This document shows positions 8,445 through 18,364 of a stretch of 64,000 nucleotides of DNA, one piece after another (position 1 is the first letter of the stretch; each line of letters begins with the position of its first letter). Below the pieces are notes generated by a model. That model saw nothing but the letters and a program-made list of their open reading frames with translations, was not told the DNA's origin and searched no databases. Source of the stretch: Candidatus Omnitrophota bacterium (GTDB taxonomy: Bacteria; Omnitrophota; Gorgyraeia; Gygaellales; JAQTUX01). The stretch covers positions 80,355 through 144,354 of the forward strand of contig JAQTUX010000002.1 of assembly GCA_028707125.1 (NCBI GenBank). The letters are read 5' to 3'. The position numbers and the translations under genes were made by a program.

Positions 8445-10294
8445 TTTAACACCTTATACAGCACAAACCTGGCGTTTGGCTTCCTCTGATAGTAATATTC
8501 TGAATTATTGAACTCCTTCATCAATAATACCCTTTTATTGGGCAATAACTCCTGAATAGGCGGCCATGGGTTATCCCGTTCATTTGCATTATAATATAGA
8601 TATTCGGCATTATGCTCGCTAACAAGAGAAGCCAGCCTTTTGGTCCGGTCTTGCTCTCCAAATGCCAAAGATCTGATATTGAGATACTTCGGCGGCACGT
8701 ATACATTCGTATGCTGATCGCTAACTATACGTGAATCTAAAGGAATATGTTCATACATCCAATCCGCTATCTCGAAAGCGATATCTTCACGCTGTCGGTA
8801 TTGATATATCCGAGACCCTGCCAGCCGATAGGCATTCAGATAGATATCAACCGTAAACAATGAAACCAATACCATGATAAACAGATATTTCAGTAATCCT
8901 CTGCCCCTATAATCCGATATAAACATATACAAACTCCGAACACATAAAATGCAAATAGCCACAAAGAAAGGCAACATATGATGCTCTGTGAATCTTCCGA
9001 TTGAGAAAAAAGATAAAAAGAAAGGCAATAGAAAAACGAGTATGACCATTCTTTTATAAAAAGCAGCCTTCTCAATCCTGCGATCCCGGAATTTCGGAGA
9101 GAATTCAACAAACAAGTAAAATACAAATAAGATGAGGATCAATATATCAAACGACCTCATTTTATACACAAAAGAATGCAGGAATGCGCTGAATATGCTG
9201 CGTTCCCCTAGTCCTTTCACTGCAGCTATACCTGTAAAATCAAATAAATTATAGGAATGGGTAATGAGAAAATTTTCAAGCGAAAACAGCCAGCGCATGC
9301 CAAAGACCAATAGAAAGACAAAGAACAGGCCACCGGCAATAAATACATACGAGTTTATTTCATTGAGCTTAGCGATTATATCCCTTCTTTTCTGTCTTCC
9401 ACGCTTACTAAAGATCGATAACAGTAAGGGTAAAAATGTAAGGACCGATCCAGCAATAATAACAAAAATCGCTGCCTTGTATTTAAACAGGCTCCCTAAA
9501 ATCCCATATTCCTGATAGAATGTGGCCCCTGTCGACTTACGTACATACAAGAGAATATATACTACCGGCAACAGTATCATAGCTATGCCAATGAGAGATT
9601 CAAAAAACCACGATTTCTTAATAACAGGAAATACGGGATTGTAATTTGTATTCGCTATTCTCTGGTTGTGCTGTCCAAAATACATGGCAGCTATAATCGC
9701 CGGCAATAGGAATACACCGGCATACTTTATATGAAAAGCAAACACAGCATACAATATAGCAATCAAAAGAACCCTCCAGGAAGGTTTATCAATTACTCTC
9801 AACGTATAATTAAGCCCTACTACCATTAATAACAACACAAGCGGCTCGGGCTTAAGATTATTCAAAAGGTAATCAAAGCTAGGCCTGACAGCCAGCAATA
9901 GGACCACCAGAATTTGTTGACTGCCGCTTGCAAAGTGATACCCTATTAAATACCACAACGCTATAAGGGCGGCGATCCAAGACAACAAATGAATCCAACG
10001 CAATACTAAAACAAATCTACCGGGAGTAAAATCTACAAACTTAGAGAACAAGGTATGCGCCAAATCTGAAACAAGCATCCCTTCCAGGCCATAATCAACA
10101 TCCATCTGATAACTCGGCCTTTTTTCTCCGTTGTAATAATACCAGACAAGATCCATCAAATAACCTTCATCACTATTAAAGTAAGTAATTAGATTGGGGT
10201 TATCTATATTATTCTTAATGGTAGGCACCGCCAATATAAAGCTCGCGCAACAAATCACGGCCAGGATTATAATGTTTATTGTTCCGCCTTTCAT
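8441..10294 (-). CDS. Polytopic integral membrane protein, putative GT-C-type glycosyltransferase / polymerase
   Basis: 617 aa with more than 12 predicted hydrophobic helices. No soluble catalytic motif. Sits next to polyprenol-P-sugar synthase-like GT2 genes. Confidence 0.45.
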   Translation of the reverse strand: MKGGTINIIILAVICCASFILAVPTIKNNIDNPNLITYFNSDEGYLMDLVWYYYNGEKRPSYQMDVDYGLEGMLVSDLAHTLFSKFVDFTPGRFVLVLRWIHLLSWIAALIALWYLIGYHFASGSQQILVVLLLAVRPSFDYLLNNLKPEPLVLLLMVVGLNYTLRVIDKPSWRVLLIAILYAVFAFHIKYAGVFLLPAIIAAMYFGQHNQRIANTNYNPVFPVIKKSWFFESLIGIAMILLPVVYILLYVRKSTGATFYQEYGILGSLFKYKAAIFVIIAGSVLTFLPLLLSIFSKRGRQKRRDIIAKLNEINSYVFIAGGLFFVFLLVFGMRWLFSLENFLITHSYNLFDFTGIAAVKGLGERSIFSAFLHSFVYKMRSFDILILILFVFYLFVEFSPKFRDRRIEKAAFYKRMVILVFLLPFFLSFFSIGRFTEHHMLPFFVAICILCVRSLYMFISDYRGRGLLKYLFIMVLVSLFTVDIYLNAYRLAGSRIYQYRQREDIAFEIADWMYEHIPLDSRIVSDQHTNVYVPPKYLNIRSLAFGEQDRTKRLASLVSEHNAEYLYYNANERDNPWPPIQELLPNKRVLLMKEFNNSEYYYQRKPNARFVLYKVLN

Positions 10295-10308
10295 AAGGCC
10301 TGTCCCTG

Positions 10309-12294
10309 TTAATAAAGTTTAGGAATTAAATCTATTTGGGCGAGTACTTCATCAAGGTTGAAACCTATCAAATAGCTGAAATATTCCAATACTTCGTAGC
10401 GAGGTTGATTATCGATCCCTACTAATCTCAACGCCTCATCTCTAGTAAGCAGGCCCTCTCTGATCTGATTAGACCGGAAGTTATCAAATTCTGAGAATCC
10501 GGCAACTGTATAGTAGATATAGTTTGTAAAGGCGGTCTGTCCATCCCCCATCCTCCATTGATTCGGGCCATAGGCTTCATAGACCTGCCAATTATATTCC
10601 CTTCTCAGGACATCTTCCATCTGCCTTTCATTCCACGGCAGATACTCATAGAGATATAAAAAGTCGTCCTTCTGTATAAAGGTAGTAAAATATGACCTTA
10701 CGCTGTCGAGAAATGACTCATTTATATAGCGGGGATTCTTAAGGTATTGGAGCATATAATACAGCGCCAATCGCAATTTTACAGTTGTGCTATAGTGATA
10801 TGTCCTGGCAGTCCTTGAAGTGTTCGCGTTAGCGTCTACTCCGCAAAAACCCACAAAGAATTCCCTTTGTTCCAGAAGATATCCAGAGCAAAAAACAGTC
10901 AATCCTGCATTGATCTCGCGGCGCAACTGCCGCCCAAAATGGTAAAAGTCTTTATCGCCAGCCATAAATAGGGGGACAATACCGAGCTGCGGATCTTTTA
11001 ACCACGCATAAATATTCTTTCTTATATGGCGCCTCTTCTTCTGCAGGTCAGGTGACCTGATAATATGTTCAATCCCAAGTTTACCGCAGATCCTTGCTTG
11101 ATTACGGCGGGATGCATCAGTGGTAAGACCCCAATCATAAGTATAGGCTATCGGATTCATACCATACTTTGTCTTGAGGATATGAAGACCGTAGCAACTG
11201 TCTCTTCCCCCGCTTAAGCCGACCAGGCAATCGGGGCTCCCGTCTTTTGAACGGTATTTCTCAAGAACTCTTTCCAGCTCTTCACTGCCTTTAAATCTCT
11301 GCCTTTCATACCTCCTGCAGAAATTACAGACACCGTCTTCATCAAATGAAATAAAAGGGTATGTGGAAGGAAGGACGCACTTCGTGCATCGCCTTAAACC
11401 TGCGGTATCAGGCCTGGTCTCACGGATATAGAATATACTCCCCCTGGCCTCCGGCTGGTTACCCGGAGCATTGATTTGCTCATTTAACCTGAACTTCTTT
11501 ATTGTACCATCTTCAATTTGCGCCCCGTATCCCGCCTTAATCTGTAATATATTCGAACTCAATGAAGAATCAAATATATCGCTTTTCTTCATAAAATCCA
11601 TTAATATTCTATTCTCGGAAGCGAATACAACGTTCCCGGACTCAATGTCCTCCAGGTAATAGAGCGAACCGGTATTAGTGGCAATGACAAGATTCCTTTC
11701 TGAATTGCACATAAGCGCGAGGGAAGCCGAGCCCTCGATTTCGCCAAATACTTGTGAAACAGAAGATACAAAATTGCCCGTTTGCTGATAGACGGCATCA
11801 AGCCGCGATAGAAATAATCTTGTATCACTCTGAACCAATCCTCCTTCTGCGCTGATAGAGAGCCTGCCCTTAGAACTGTTTTTAAGATTATATTCGTCTT
11901 TGACTAAATTTTCTGCATTTGAAATGAGTCCGTTATGAACGCCTACAAAACTCCCCGACCTCACAGGTTGATTATTGTCGTAAATAGCATGGGAGCCATT
12001 GGTCACGAGGCGGCATTGGCCGATTACCGCTAAAGATAGTCGCATTCCTGCGGGATTATTATGGTCAAAATATGCGGATTTGAGCGTGTTTCTGAATTCG
12101 GGCATTTTCAAGAAAACGGACGGTTTTACTACCCTGCGAAAAATCCGGATCTCATCATGCGAGAGCACGGCCATTCCCGCTGAATCCTGGCCACGGACCT
12201 CGGAAAGCCGAAATAACAACTTGATGTCATGCTCCAATGTATCATGAGTACTCGACTTCTTATCTCTTATAGTTATACCGAATATACCGCACAT
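10309..12294 (-). CDS. Class-II glutamine amidotransferase fused to N-acetyl-sugar amidotransferase (PseA/WbuX-like PP-loop ATP pyrophosphatase)
   Basis: Starts MCGIFGI (Ntn Cys2). Central zinc-ribbon (CTKCVLPSTYPFISFDEDGVCNFCRRYE) followed by PP-loop SGGRDS (LVGLSGGRDSCYGLHIL). This matches the LPS / flagellin-glycan amidotransferase family architecture. Confidence 0.7.
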   Translation of the reverse strand: MCGIFGITIRDKKSSTHDTLEHDIKLLFRLSEVRGQDSAGMAVLSHDEIRIFRRVVKPSVFLKMPEFRNTLKSAYFDHNNPAGMRLSLAVIGQCRLVTNGSHAIYDNNQPVRSGSFVGVHNGLISNAENLVKDEYNLKNSSKGRLSISAEGGLVQSDTRLFLSRLDAVYQQTGNFVSSVSQVFGEIEGSASLALMCNSERNLVIATNTGSLYYLEDIESGNVVFASENRILMDFMKKSDIFDSSLSSNILQIKAGYGAQIEDGTIKKFRLNEQINAPGNQPEARGSIFYIRETRPDTAGLRRCTKCVLPSTYPFISFDEDGVCNFCRRYERQRFKGSEELERVLEKYRSKDGSPDCLVGLSGGRDSCYGLHILKTKYGMNPIAYTYDWGLTTDASRRNQARICGKLGIEHIIRSPDLQKKRRHIRKNIYAWLKDPQLGIVPLFMAGDKDFYHFGRQLRREINAGLTVFCSGYLLEQREFFVGFCGVDANANTSRTARTYHYSTTVKLRLALYYMLQYLKNPRYINESFLDSVRSYFTTFIQKDDFLYLYEYLPWNERQMEDVLRREYNWQVYEAYGPNQWRMGDGQTAFTNYIYYTVAGFSEFDNFRSNQIREGLLTRDEALRLVGIDNQPRYEVLEYFSYLIGFNLDEVLAQIDLIPKLY

Positions 12295-12327
12295 CTTACA
12301 ACCTCCAGTGGTTAATTTTAAGAGCGA

Positions 12328-13173
12328 CTAACGCCTACGGGCTATAACATACATTACATCAAACAGATTTAAATAAAATCTAACCCTGGTTAAACCGTAT
12401 TTACGCAACAGATTATAAATTAAGGAGTTCCCCTTATTCAATACAAACATTCTGTAAGCCATATAATCAATACCGCGATAAAATCCGCAGTAACTATTAT
12501 AAACTACATCAAATCCGAACCTGTCCAGCATTCTAGTTAAAGTCTTACTGGAAAAAAAATGTATATGCGTCGGTGGATGTATCATGCGCCATCCTCCTCT
12601 TCTCAATCGCGCATTAAAACTATCTATGTCTCCTGTGGTCAGGGCGACCAATGAGCCGCTTTTCGTATTATTGCTGATTTTTTCCAAATACAGATCTGGA
12701 CTGGACAAGTGTTCGATAGTGTCCCACATACAAACTACATCAAATCTACGACCCTTTAAATCATATTTTAGAAAATCCGCCTTAACAGCATCTACCTTTA
12801 ACTGTTCGCGGGCATAGAGAACTCCGTCTCCAGATATGTCGAGACCTAAGACTGTATCAAACTGCTTTCTTACCAACTCAAGGAAAAAACCGTAAGCACA
12901 ACCGATCTCAAGAAGGTGCCTATGGCGGTTTGGTTCCATAAAGGCCTGCAGCATTCTTAGACGTAGCCCGAAGTTTTTCTGCAAGATCTCTTTGTCCGCT
13001 AAGTAGTTGTTATATTCACTGCCCAAAAAATATTCTTTACTATAAATTGCGGATGTATCATTGTCACTCAAATGTAAATCGAAAAAAACATGGCCGCACT
13101 CCTGGCATTTTTTTAACCCGGAGTATAAAGATTTACTGTCTCTGCTATGACAGACACAGCATGCACTCGACAT
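12328..13173 (-). CDS. Class I SAM-dependent methyltransferase with N-terminal zinc ribbon
   Basis: CCVCHS...CQECGH zinc ribbon. SAM motif I (LLEIGCAYGFFLEL) and acidic motif II. Confidence 0.75.
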   Translation of the reverse strand: MSSACCVCHSRDSKSLYSGLKKCQECGHVFFDLHLSDNDTSAIYSKEYFLGSEYNNYLADKEILQKNFGLRLRMLQAFMEPNRHRHLLEIGCAYGFFLELVRKQFDTVLGLDISGDGVLYAREQLKVDAVKADFLKYDLKGRRFDVVCMWDTIEHLSSPDLYLEKISNNTKSGSLVALTTGDIDSFNARLRRGGWRMIHPPTHIHFFSSKTLTRMLDRFGFDVVYNSYCGFYRGIDYMAYRMFVLNKGNSLIYNLLRKYGLTRVRFYLNLFDVMYVIARRR

Positions 13174-13203
13174 AGATCAATCCCTCTTTATGTATCTGCT
13201 TCT

Positions 13204-14070
13204 CTAAGATAAGCGCACCACTTCCATAAGTCCATTATCCAACGCGATCTCCGGGCTCCAACCCAGGGTTTTTCTCGTATTTTTTAAATCAGCAATTATA
13301 TAACTCCTCTTATGGTCGCTATTATTGACTCTATCGATCTTATACTTTACCCCTTTAAGCAAAGCTAATCTTTTTGCCAGGCCATAAACACTCAAGCCCT
13401 TGCCTGAACCGATATTCAAGGCCAGAAAACCTTTGAACTTTAAAGCGCAAGACAGAACGAAGGCGTTAACTACATCAGAAATATACACGAAGTCTCTGAC
13501 TGCCATAGGAGATTTCAATACTACCGGTTGTCTTCTGGATAATTGCCTCAGGACATACGGTATCAAGAATGGGGCTTTTTGTCCCGGTCCGTACATATTA
13601 AATATGCGAAACGCAATAACGCCGAGCCCAAAGTTCTTTGCGTGATATTCGCAGATATCTTCGGCAAGCATTTTGCTGACTCCGTATAAGGATTGGGGGA
13701 TAATGGGGGAATGTTCGCTTAGCCATTCCTTCTGCCTAGCCGGCTTATAGACGGCAGATGAAGAGGCAAATAAGCATCTCGCTCCATTACGAAGACAATA
13801 GCGCATTACAGACAGGGTCCCATTTGTATTAATTTCAAATAGCTCGCCGATTCCTCCGCTAAGAACTGTCTTATTAACAGCTGCGAGATGGCAGACTAAA
13901 TCGTATCTTTCCCTGAAATTACCTATATCTCTCACATCTCCATTGTACAGAGAAACCCGTCTGCACATCTGTCTTAAACGGCGAAAAAGATAACCCCCGA
14001 GAAAACCGCCTCCACCGGTAATCAAGATACTGCGGTCTTGCAACTGTCTTATTAATCTGTTTCCTGGCAT
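13204..14070 (-). CDS. NAD(P)-dependent sugar epimerase/reductase (extended SDR family)
   Basis: ILITGGGGFLGGYL Rossmann motif and YxxxK-type region (YGVSKMLAE). Confidence 0.7.
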   Translation of the reverse strand: MPGNRLIRQLQDRSILITGGGGFLGGYLFRRLRQMCRRVSLYNGDVRDIGNFRERYDLVCHLAAVNKTVLSGGIGELFEINTNGTLSVMRYCLRNGARCLFASSSAVYKPARQKEWLSEHSPIIPQSLYGVSKMLAEDICEYHAKNFGLGVIAFRIFNMYGPGQKAPFLIPYVLRQLSRRQPVVLKSPMAVRDFVYISDVVNAFVLSCALKFKGFLALNIGSGKGLSVYGLAKRLALLKGVKYKIDRVNNSDHKRSYIIADLKNTRKTLGWSPEIALDNGLMEVVRLS

Positions 14071-15047
14071 AATCGATATAATGGAGAATCTGTTTCAAAA
14101 AACAGGTGATTGAATTTCTGGTACCACTCAATCGTCTTAATCAAACCGTCTTCAAAACTGATCCTCGGCTCCCACCCCAATATCATTTTGGCCTTTTTAT
14201 TTGAGGCAGCCATCCTCCATATCTCTGTTGGCCTGTACGATATCTTGCCTATACACAAACGTGAACGGGAAGAGGTAAGTTTATGTATCTTTCTCACCAG
14301 AAGCCTGATGGGCATCTCCTGACCGGTTCCGATATTGATAGTCTCTCCTATAGCTTCCTTTTTAATCCCGGCCATAATAAATGCGTCTACTAAATTTTCT
14401 ATGTAATTGAATTCTCGCGTCTGAATACCTTCAGTAGTTATAACATCCTCTCCTTTCAGGCACTTAATGATGATCTCGGCGATAACCGCCCTTGGGCTCT
14501 GGAATGGGCCGAAGGCATTAAAGGGCCTTAATATAACTACGGGTTTCTTATAGACACGTGATTTCATCCTTACATATAATTCACCTGAATATTTCCCTAC
14601 AGAATAAGGGGAGACGGGAAACGGCACCATATCCTCTGAAAAAGGCACGCATTTCTGAAAACCGTATACCTCCGAAGACGATATGTAGACAAATCTCTCG
14701 TAGTCCTCATAAGCATCAATTACATTCACTGTGCCTTTAGAATTTACGTCAATGGCCTCAGAAATATTCATGAAGCTGTCGCCTACATGATTATATGCCG
14801 CGAAATGATAAATTAAATCCGGCCTAATGCTTTTGATCTGCCTCAATGAGTCGGGATTGCGTATATCACCCTCAACCATTGTTATCTTATCCCATATGTT
14901 CACAATACGGATGTTATCAATAATGCTATTATATTTCGTCAAGATAAAAAGCCTCGCCCCATTCTCTACCAGCCTCCTGCATAAATGAGAAGCTATGAAA
15001 CCACTGCCTCCGGTTACCAGTACCCTCTTATTTTTAAATCGCTCCAT
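14052..15047 (-). CDS. NAD-dependent NDP-sugar epimerase/dehydratase (extended SDR)
   Basis: VLVTGGSGFIASHLCRRL Rossmann motif and YSVGKYSGE catalytic YxxxK. Lies directly downstream of a sugar-1-P nucleotidyltransferase, as in CDP/dTDP-deoxyhexose pathways. Confidence 0.7.
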   Translation of the reverse strand: MERFKNKRVLVTGGSGFIASHLCRRLVENGARLFILTKYNSIIDNIRIVNIWDKITMVEGDIRNPDSLRQIKSIRPDLIYHFAAYNHVGDSFMNISEAIDVNSKGTVNVIDAYEDYERFVYISSSEVYGFQKCVPFSEDMVPFPVSPYSVGKYSGELYVRMKSRVYKKPVVILRPFNAFGPFQSPRAVIAEIIIKCLKGEDVITTEGIQTREFNYIENLVDAFIMAGIKKEAIGETINIGTGQEMPIRLLVRKIHKLTSSRSRLCIGKISYRPTEIWRMAASNKKAKMILGWEPRISFEDGLIKTIEWYQKFNHLFFETDSPLYRLCQETD

Positions 15048-15049
15048 CT

Positions 15050-15766
15050 CTATCCTTCCTCTTGTGTGAAGAATTTAATAAAATCCTCTTCTGCCTTTGC
15101 CCATTCCTGCGCAGTATTGAAGGTAATATTAAATCCTTTGTGTTTATAAGCAGTCAATTCCCCTTTATCAATCAAATTATTAAAGAGCCCTATTAAGCCT
15201 TCTCCATCCGGCAAAGAAATAAGGTTATTATCAAGATCCTCCAAGACGGCTTTATCCGTAATAAAATTGCCGATATAATACGAAAAGAGAGGCTTTTCTT
15301 CAAAAAGAGTAACGCGCTGCTCTCTGTCGTACTTGACGATGCCAAAAGGGCTTCGTATATCTGCTATTGTAATGGTTAAGTTCTTCCTGCTTTTTATATG
15401 CCATTTTAATACCAGGTTCGGGTCCATGTTGACAAAGGTATCTCCGTAGGTCACTATTGCCCTATTCCCTATCAGGTCTTTTACCAAAAATAGCCTTTTA
15501 AGCATGCCCGCATCTTCTCCGGCATTAGAAATTTCAATTTTGGCGCCAAGATTACCGCGGGAGATAAACGCCTCTATGGACTCCGACAAATAACCGGTGC
15601 ACAAAATAAATTCCCTGAAACCATGACTCATATAGAATTCAACAATATGCTGGAGAATTGGTTTCTCCCCTAGCGGTATCAACGGCTTTGGCAATGCCCT
15701 GCTTAATTTACCCAACCTTCTTCCTCTGCCGCCGCATAAAATAACTACCTTATCTTTATTCATCAA
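15050..15766 (-). CDS. Sugar-1-phosphate nucleotidyltransferase (glucose-1-phosphate cytidylyltransferase-like)
   Basis: VVILCGGRGRRLGKLSRALPKPLIPLGEKPILQHIVEFY...FILCTGY parallels the RfbF-type signature (ILAGGLGTRL...KPMVEIGGKPILWHIM...FIICCGY). Confidence 0.6.
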   Translation of the reverse strand: MMNKDKVVILCGGRGRRLGKLSRALPKPLIPLGEKPILQHIVEFYMSHGFREFILCTGYLSESIEAFISRGNLGAKIEISNAGEDAGMLKRLFLVKDLIGNRAIVTYGDTFVNMDPNLVLKWHIKSRKNLTITIADIRSPFGIVKYDREQRVTLFEEKPLFSYYIGNFITDKAVLEDLDNNLISLPDGEGLIGLFNNLIDKGELTAYKHKGFNITFNTAQEWAKAEEDFIKFFTQEEG

Positions 15767-16728
15767 TTATGCCTCTCACCAGATATCTCACGGACGATAA
15801 ATACGGGTCTCCCCTTAACCTGATCATAAACTCTGCCGATATATTCGCCTAAAATACCCATTGCCGCCAGCTGTAAACTACTCAAGAAAAATACCGCGAC
15901 TACCAAAGTCGCCCAACCCGGAAGTAAAACGATATTCATCGCGATACCAAACCTTTGCAGTAACCATAGTACCATAACAAATAGAATATAAGAAAATGAC
16001 AAAGCCGATATTATGACACCGGCCAAAGTTATTAAACGCAGCGGGTTTCTGGAGAAAGCAAAAATACCGTCCAATGCAAAAGACAGTAGATCCTTGTATG
16101 AGAATTTGGATTGCCCGCTATATCGCCCATCAACATTATAGAACAGGTATTTCTGCTTAAAGCCTACCCACTCTACCTGGCCCCTTAAGAATTTATGATA
16201 TTCCGGGATCTTGAGAAGCGCCTCCAGGGCTTTTTTATCAAGCAGGCGAAAATCGGACTGTCCGAAATTGAGATTTAATCCGGATATCTTGGATATCAAC
16301 CAGTAAAACCCTTTAACAAAAAGTCGCCTCTGCCCCTTAAGATTGGGATCTTTTTTTATAGTATAGACTACCTCTGCCCCCTCGCTCCAGAATTTAAGCA
16401 TCTCGGGTATCAGCGATGGCGGATGCTGAAGGTCGGCATCCATAGTAATAACCGCATCGCCGTTTGCATAAGTCATACCGGCAAAGAGGGCGCCCTGGTG
16501 GCCGAAATTGCGGGAAAGTGAAATATAACGGACTTTATTATCCCGCTTATTGAGATCCTTTAATATTACCAGTGAATTATCGCTGCTACCGTTATCAACA
16601 AACACCATCTCATAATTGATACCGTGTTGAATACATACAGACCTCACTTCCTCATATAACTTTTCCAAGTTGCCCTCTTCGTTAAATACCGGGAACACTA
16701 CGGAAATTAAACGACTTTCATTTTGCAT
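15763..16728 (-). CDS. GT2 polyprenol-phosphate glycosyltransferase (GtrB/ArnC/Dpm1-like)
   Basis: GT-A N-terminus (ISVVFPVFNEEGNL...VFVDNGSSDNS...DADLQHPP). Two C-terminal TM helices characteristic of polyisoprenyl-phosphate sugar synthases. Confidence 0.8.
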   Translation of the reverse strand: MQNESRLISVVFPVFNEEGNLEKLYEEVRSVCIQHGINYEMVFVDNGSSDNSLVILKDLNKRDNKVRYISLSRNFGHQGALFAGMTYANGDAVITMDADLQHPPSLIPEMLKFWSEGAEVVYTIKKDPNLKGQRRLFVKGFYWLISKISGLNLNFGQSDFRLLDKKALEALLKIPEYHKFLRGQVEWVGFKQKYLFYNVDGRYSGQSKFSYKDLLSFALDGIFAFSRNPLRLITLAGVIISALSFSYILFVMVLWLLQRFGIAMNIVLLPGWATLVVAVFFLSSLQLAAMGILGEYIGRVYDQVKGRPVFIVREISGERHN

Positions 16729-16747
16729 GTCATACCTCGCATTGTTA

Positions 16748-18364
16748 TCAATTTATAAATCGCAGGTTTCGTAAAACCGGATCTTTTAAAGCCAGCGCGC
16801 TATTATACTTAAGGCGCGAAATTAGATATCTGATATTAAAAATCAAGGCTCCATTTTCAGTTAAATTAAGCGCGTTAAGCCTTCGCAAGGATTCCGTTGA
16901 CTTGAATTCACCGCAAAGGCTGCTCATCAGCATATCCGCCTCATCCTTCATGCCGGAATCAAGATAACACCAGTATAAAAGCACAGCGTAATCAAGGAAT
17001 CTCGACCTCTCCATGACGGGGGGAAAATCTATTAACCACTCCCTGTCCCGACGACTAAGCCTGTCACGATTCAGATAGCGCGATTTAACCCATAAACTCT
17101 GAATTAACCATTCCCGATAGCCGTTCCCCGCCCACTCTCTTAGGGCGGGTAAATCTTCCCGCCCGTCCCTGCAGCGCACCAAACTATGGGCCTTGCCGAT
17201 AAAATCCTTATCGGCACAACCGCCCTCTGCCTGAAACAGGGTTTTTTCGGCATAGGAAGCGTAACCCATCCAGGCCCAGAAAAATGCCAGTTCTATCAGG
17301 CGTTCTTCAGGCCTGTATAATTCCTCTCCGGCGGCAATCCGGATAATGCATGAAACGACTCTTTCAAGGGATTCTCTCGGGGAAAATGACGATATGTTAT
17401 CGCGTACCGCCGTATATAAATCCCTGCTGTTCATCTCTATCTTCTTTAATAATCTCTCCAGATCTCTGTGGTCATTAATTATCGCCTCGTCCAATAAACC
17501 ATGGAAAAATGTCTTCCTGCCTAAAGGGATAACGGCTACGGGAATATCTCTCTGCAAAGCATCAATAATTACCTGGGAATTCCCGCGGTTAAGCAATATA
17601 TCCGTGATATCCAGTATCTCATCAATAGGCATGCGCGAATCGGCAATCTTGGCGCGCGGAGAGTGCCGCCTTAGCGAAACGGCAAAATCATCCTTACGGT
17701 CTTCAGGGTGCGGCTTGATAAGCAACTCGTAACTTTCCGGCAACCCCTGAGTTACGCAGGCAATTAATTTACTGCATACTTCCCCAGCGTTTGCATCGGA
17801 AGATATGGCATCGAGGCACAACGTAGCAGTATGTTTACGGTTGGATAGACCAAATATGCCTTTTAATTTATTCAGCTGGCTTGGCGGCTTACGCCTGCTA
17901 TATCCGGAAATGCATCCAGTGGTTTCTATTGTCTCGGGAGCAATGCCTGTCTCAATAAACTTCAACCTTTCATAATCAGAAGCCACGAGAAGACGATCCA
18001 CCGGCAAAAGATAATTATTCAACAAGCCCTGGTGCAGCATCATCTGATACACCTCTTCAATCGCTATAACCGGGATCCTTCTCAGCGTCGCCTCTTGTAT
18101 TAAATGGCACGGCGGGATACGCGGCTGGGAAGTAAAAAGCACCAGGGCAGAAACCCCATCAAAAACACCCTGCGGCAACTTGGGAAAATACCTTCCCTTA
18201 AAATAAAAAACCTCATCGGCAGAACCCCTGTCCATATCGGAGAACCAGGGTAGTCTGCGGTTGTAAATACATCTTATCGTCCAATCCGGAAGGAATTCTC
18301 TGAATATCCCCATATTTCTTGCATGCACAATGCTCACCGGATTAAAAAGCAAGACCTTGCCCAT
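16748..18364 (-). CDS. Hypothetical protein; possible GT-B-like (TagF/KpsS-like) sugar/polyol-phosphate transferase domain
   Basis: 538 aa, no TM. Weak GT-B-like C-terminal pattern (KPHPEDRKD...DILLNRGNSQVIIDALQRDIPVAVIPLGR). Family not identified. Confidence 0.35.
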   Translation of the reverse strand: MGKVLLFNPVSIVHARNMGIFREFLPDWTIRCIYNRRLPWFSDMDRGSADEVFYFKGRYFPKLPQGVFDGVSALVLFTSQPRIPPCHLIQEATLRRIPVIAIEEVYQMMLHQGLLNNYLLPVDRLLVASDYERLKFIETGIAPETIETTGCISGYSRRKPPSQLNKLKGIFGLSNRKHTATLCLDAISSDANAGEVCSKLIACVTQGLPESYELLIKPHPEDRKDDFAVSLRRHSPRAKIADSRMPIDEILDITDILLNRGNSQVIIDALQRDIPVAVIPLGRKTFFHGLLDEAIINDHRDLERLLKKIEMNSRDLYTAVRDNISSFSPRESLERVVSCIIRIAAGEELYRPEERLIELAFFWAWMGYASYAEKTLFQAEGGCADKDFIGKAHSLVRCRDGREDLPALREWAGNGYREWLIQSLWVKSRYLNRDRLSRRDREWLIDFPPVMERSRFLDYAVLLYWCYLDSGMKDEADMLMSSLCGEFKSTESLRRLNALNLTENGALIFNIRYLISRLKYNSALALKDPVLRNLRFIN

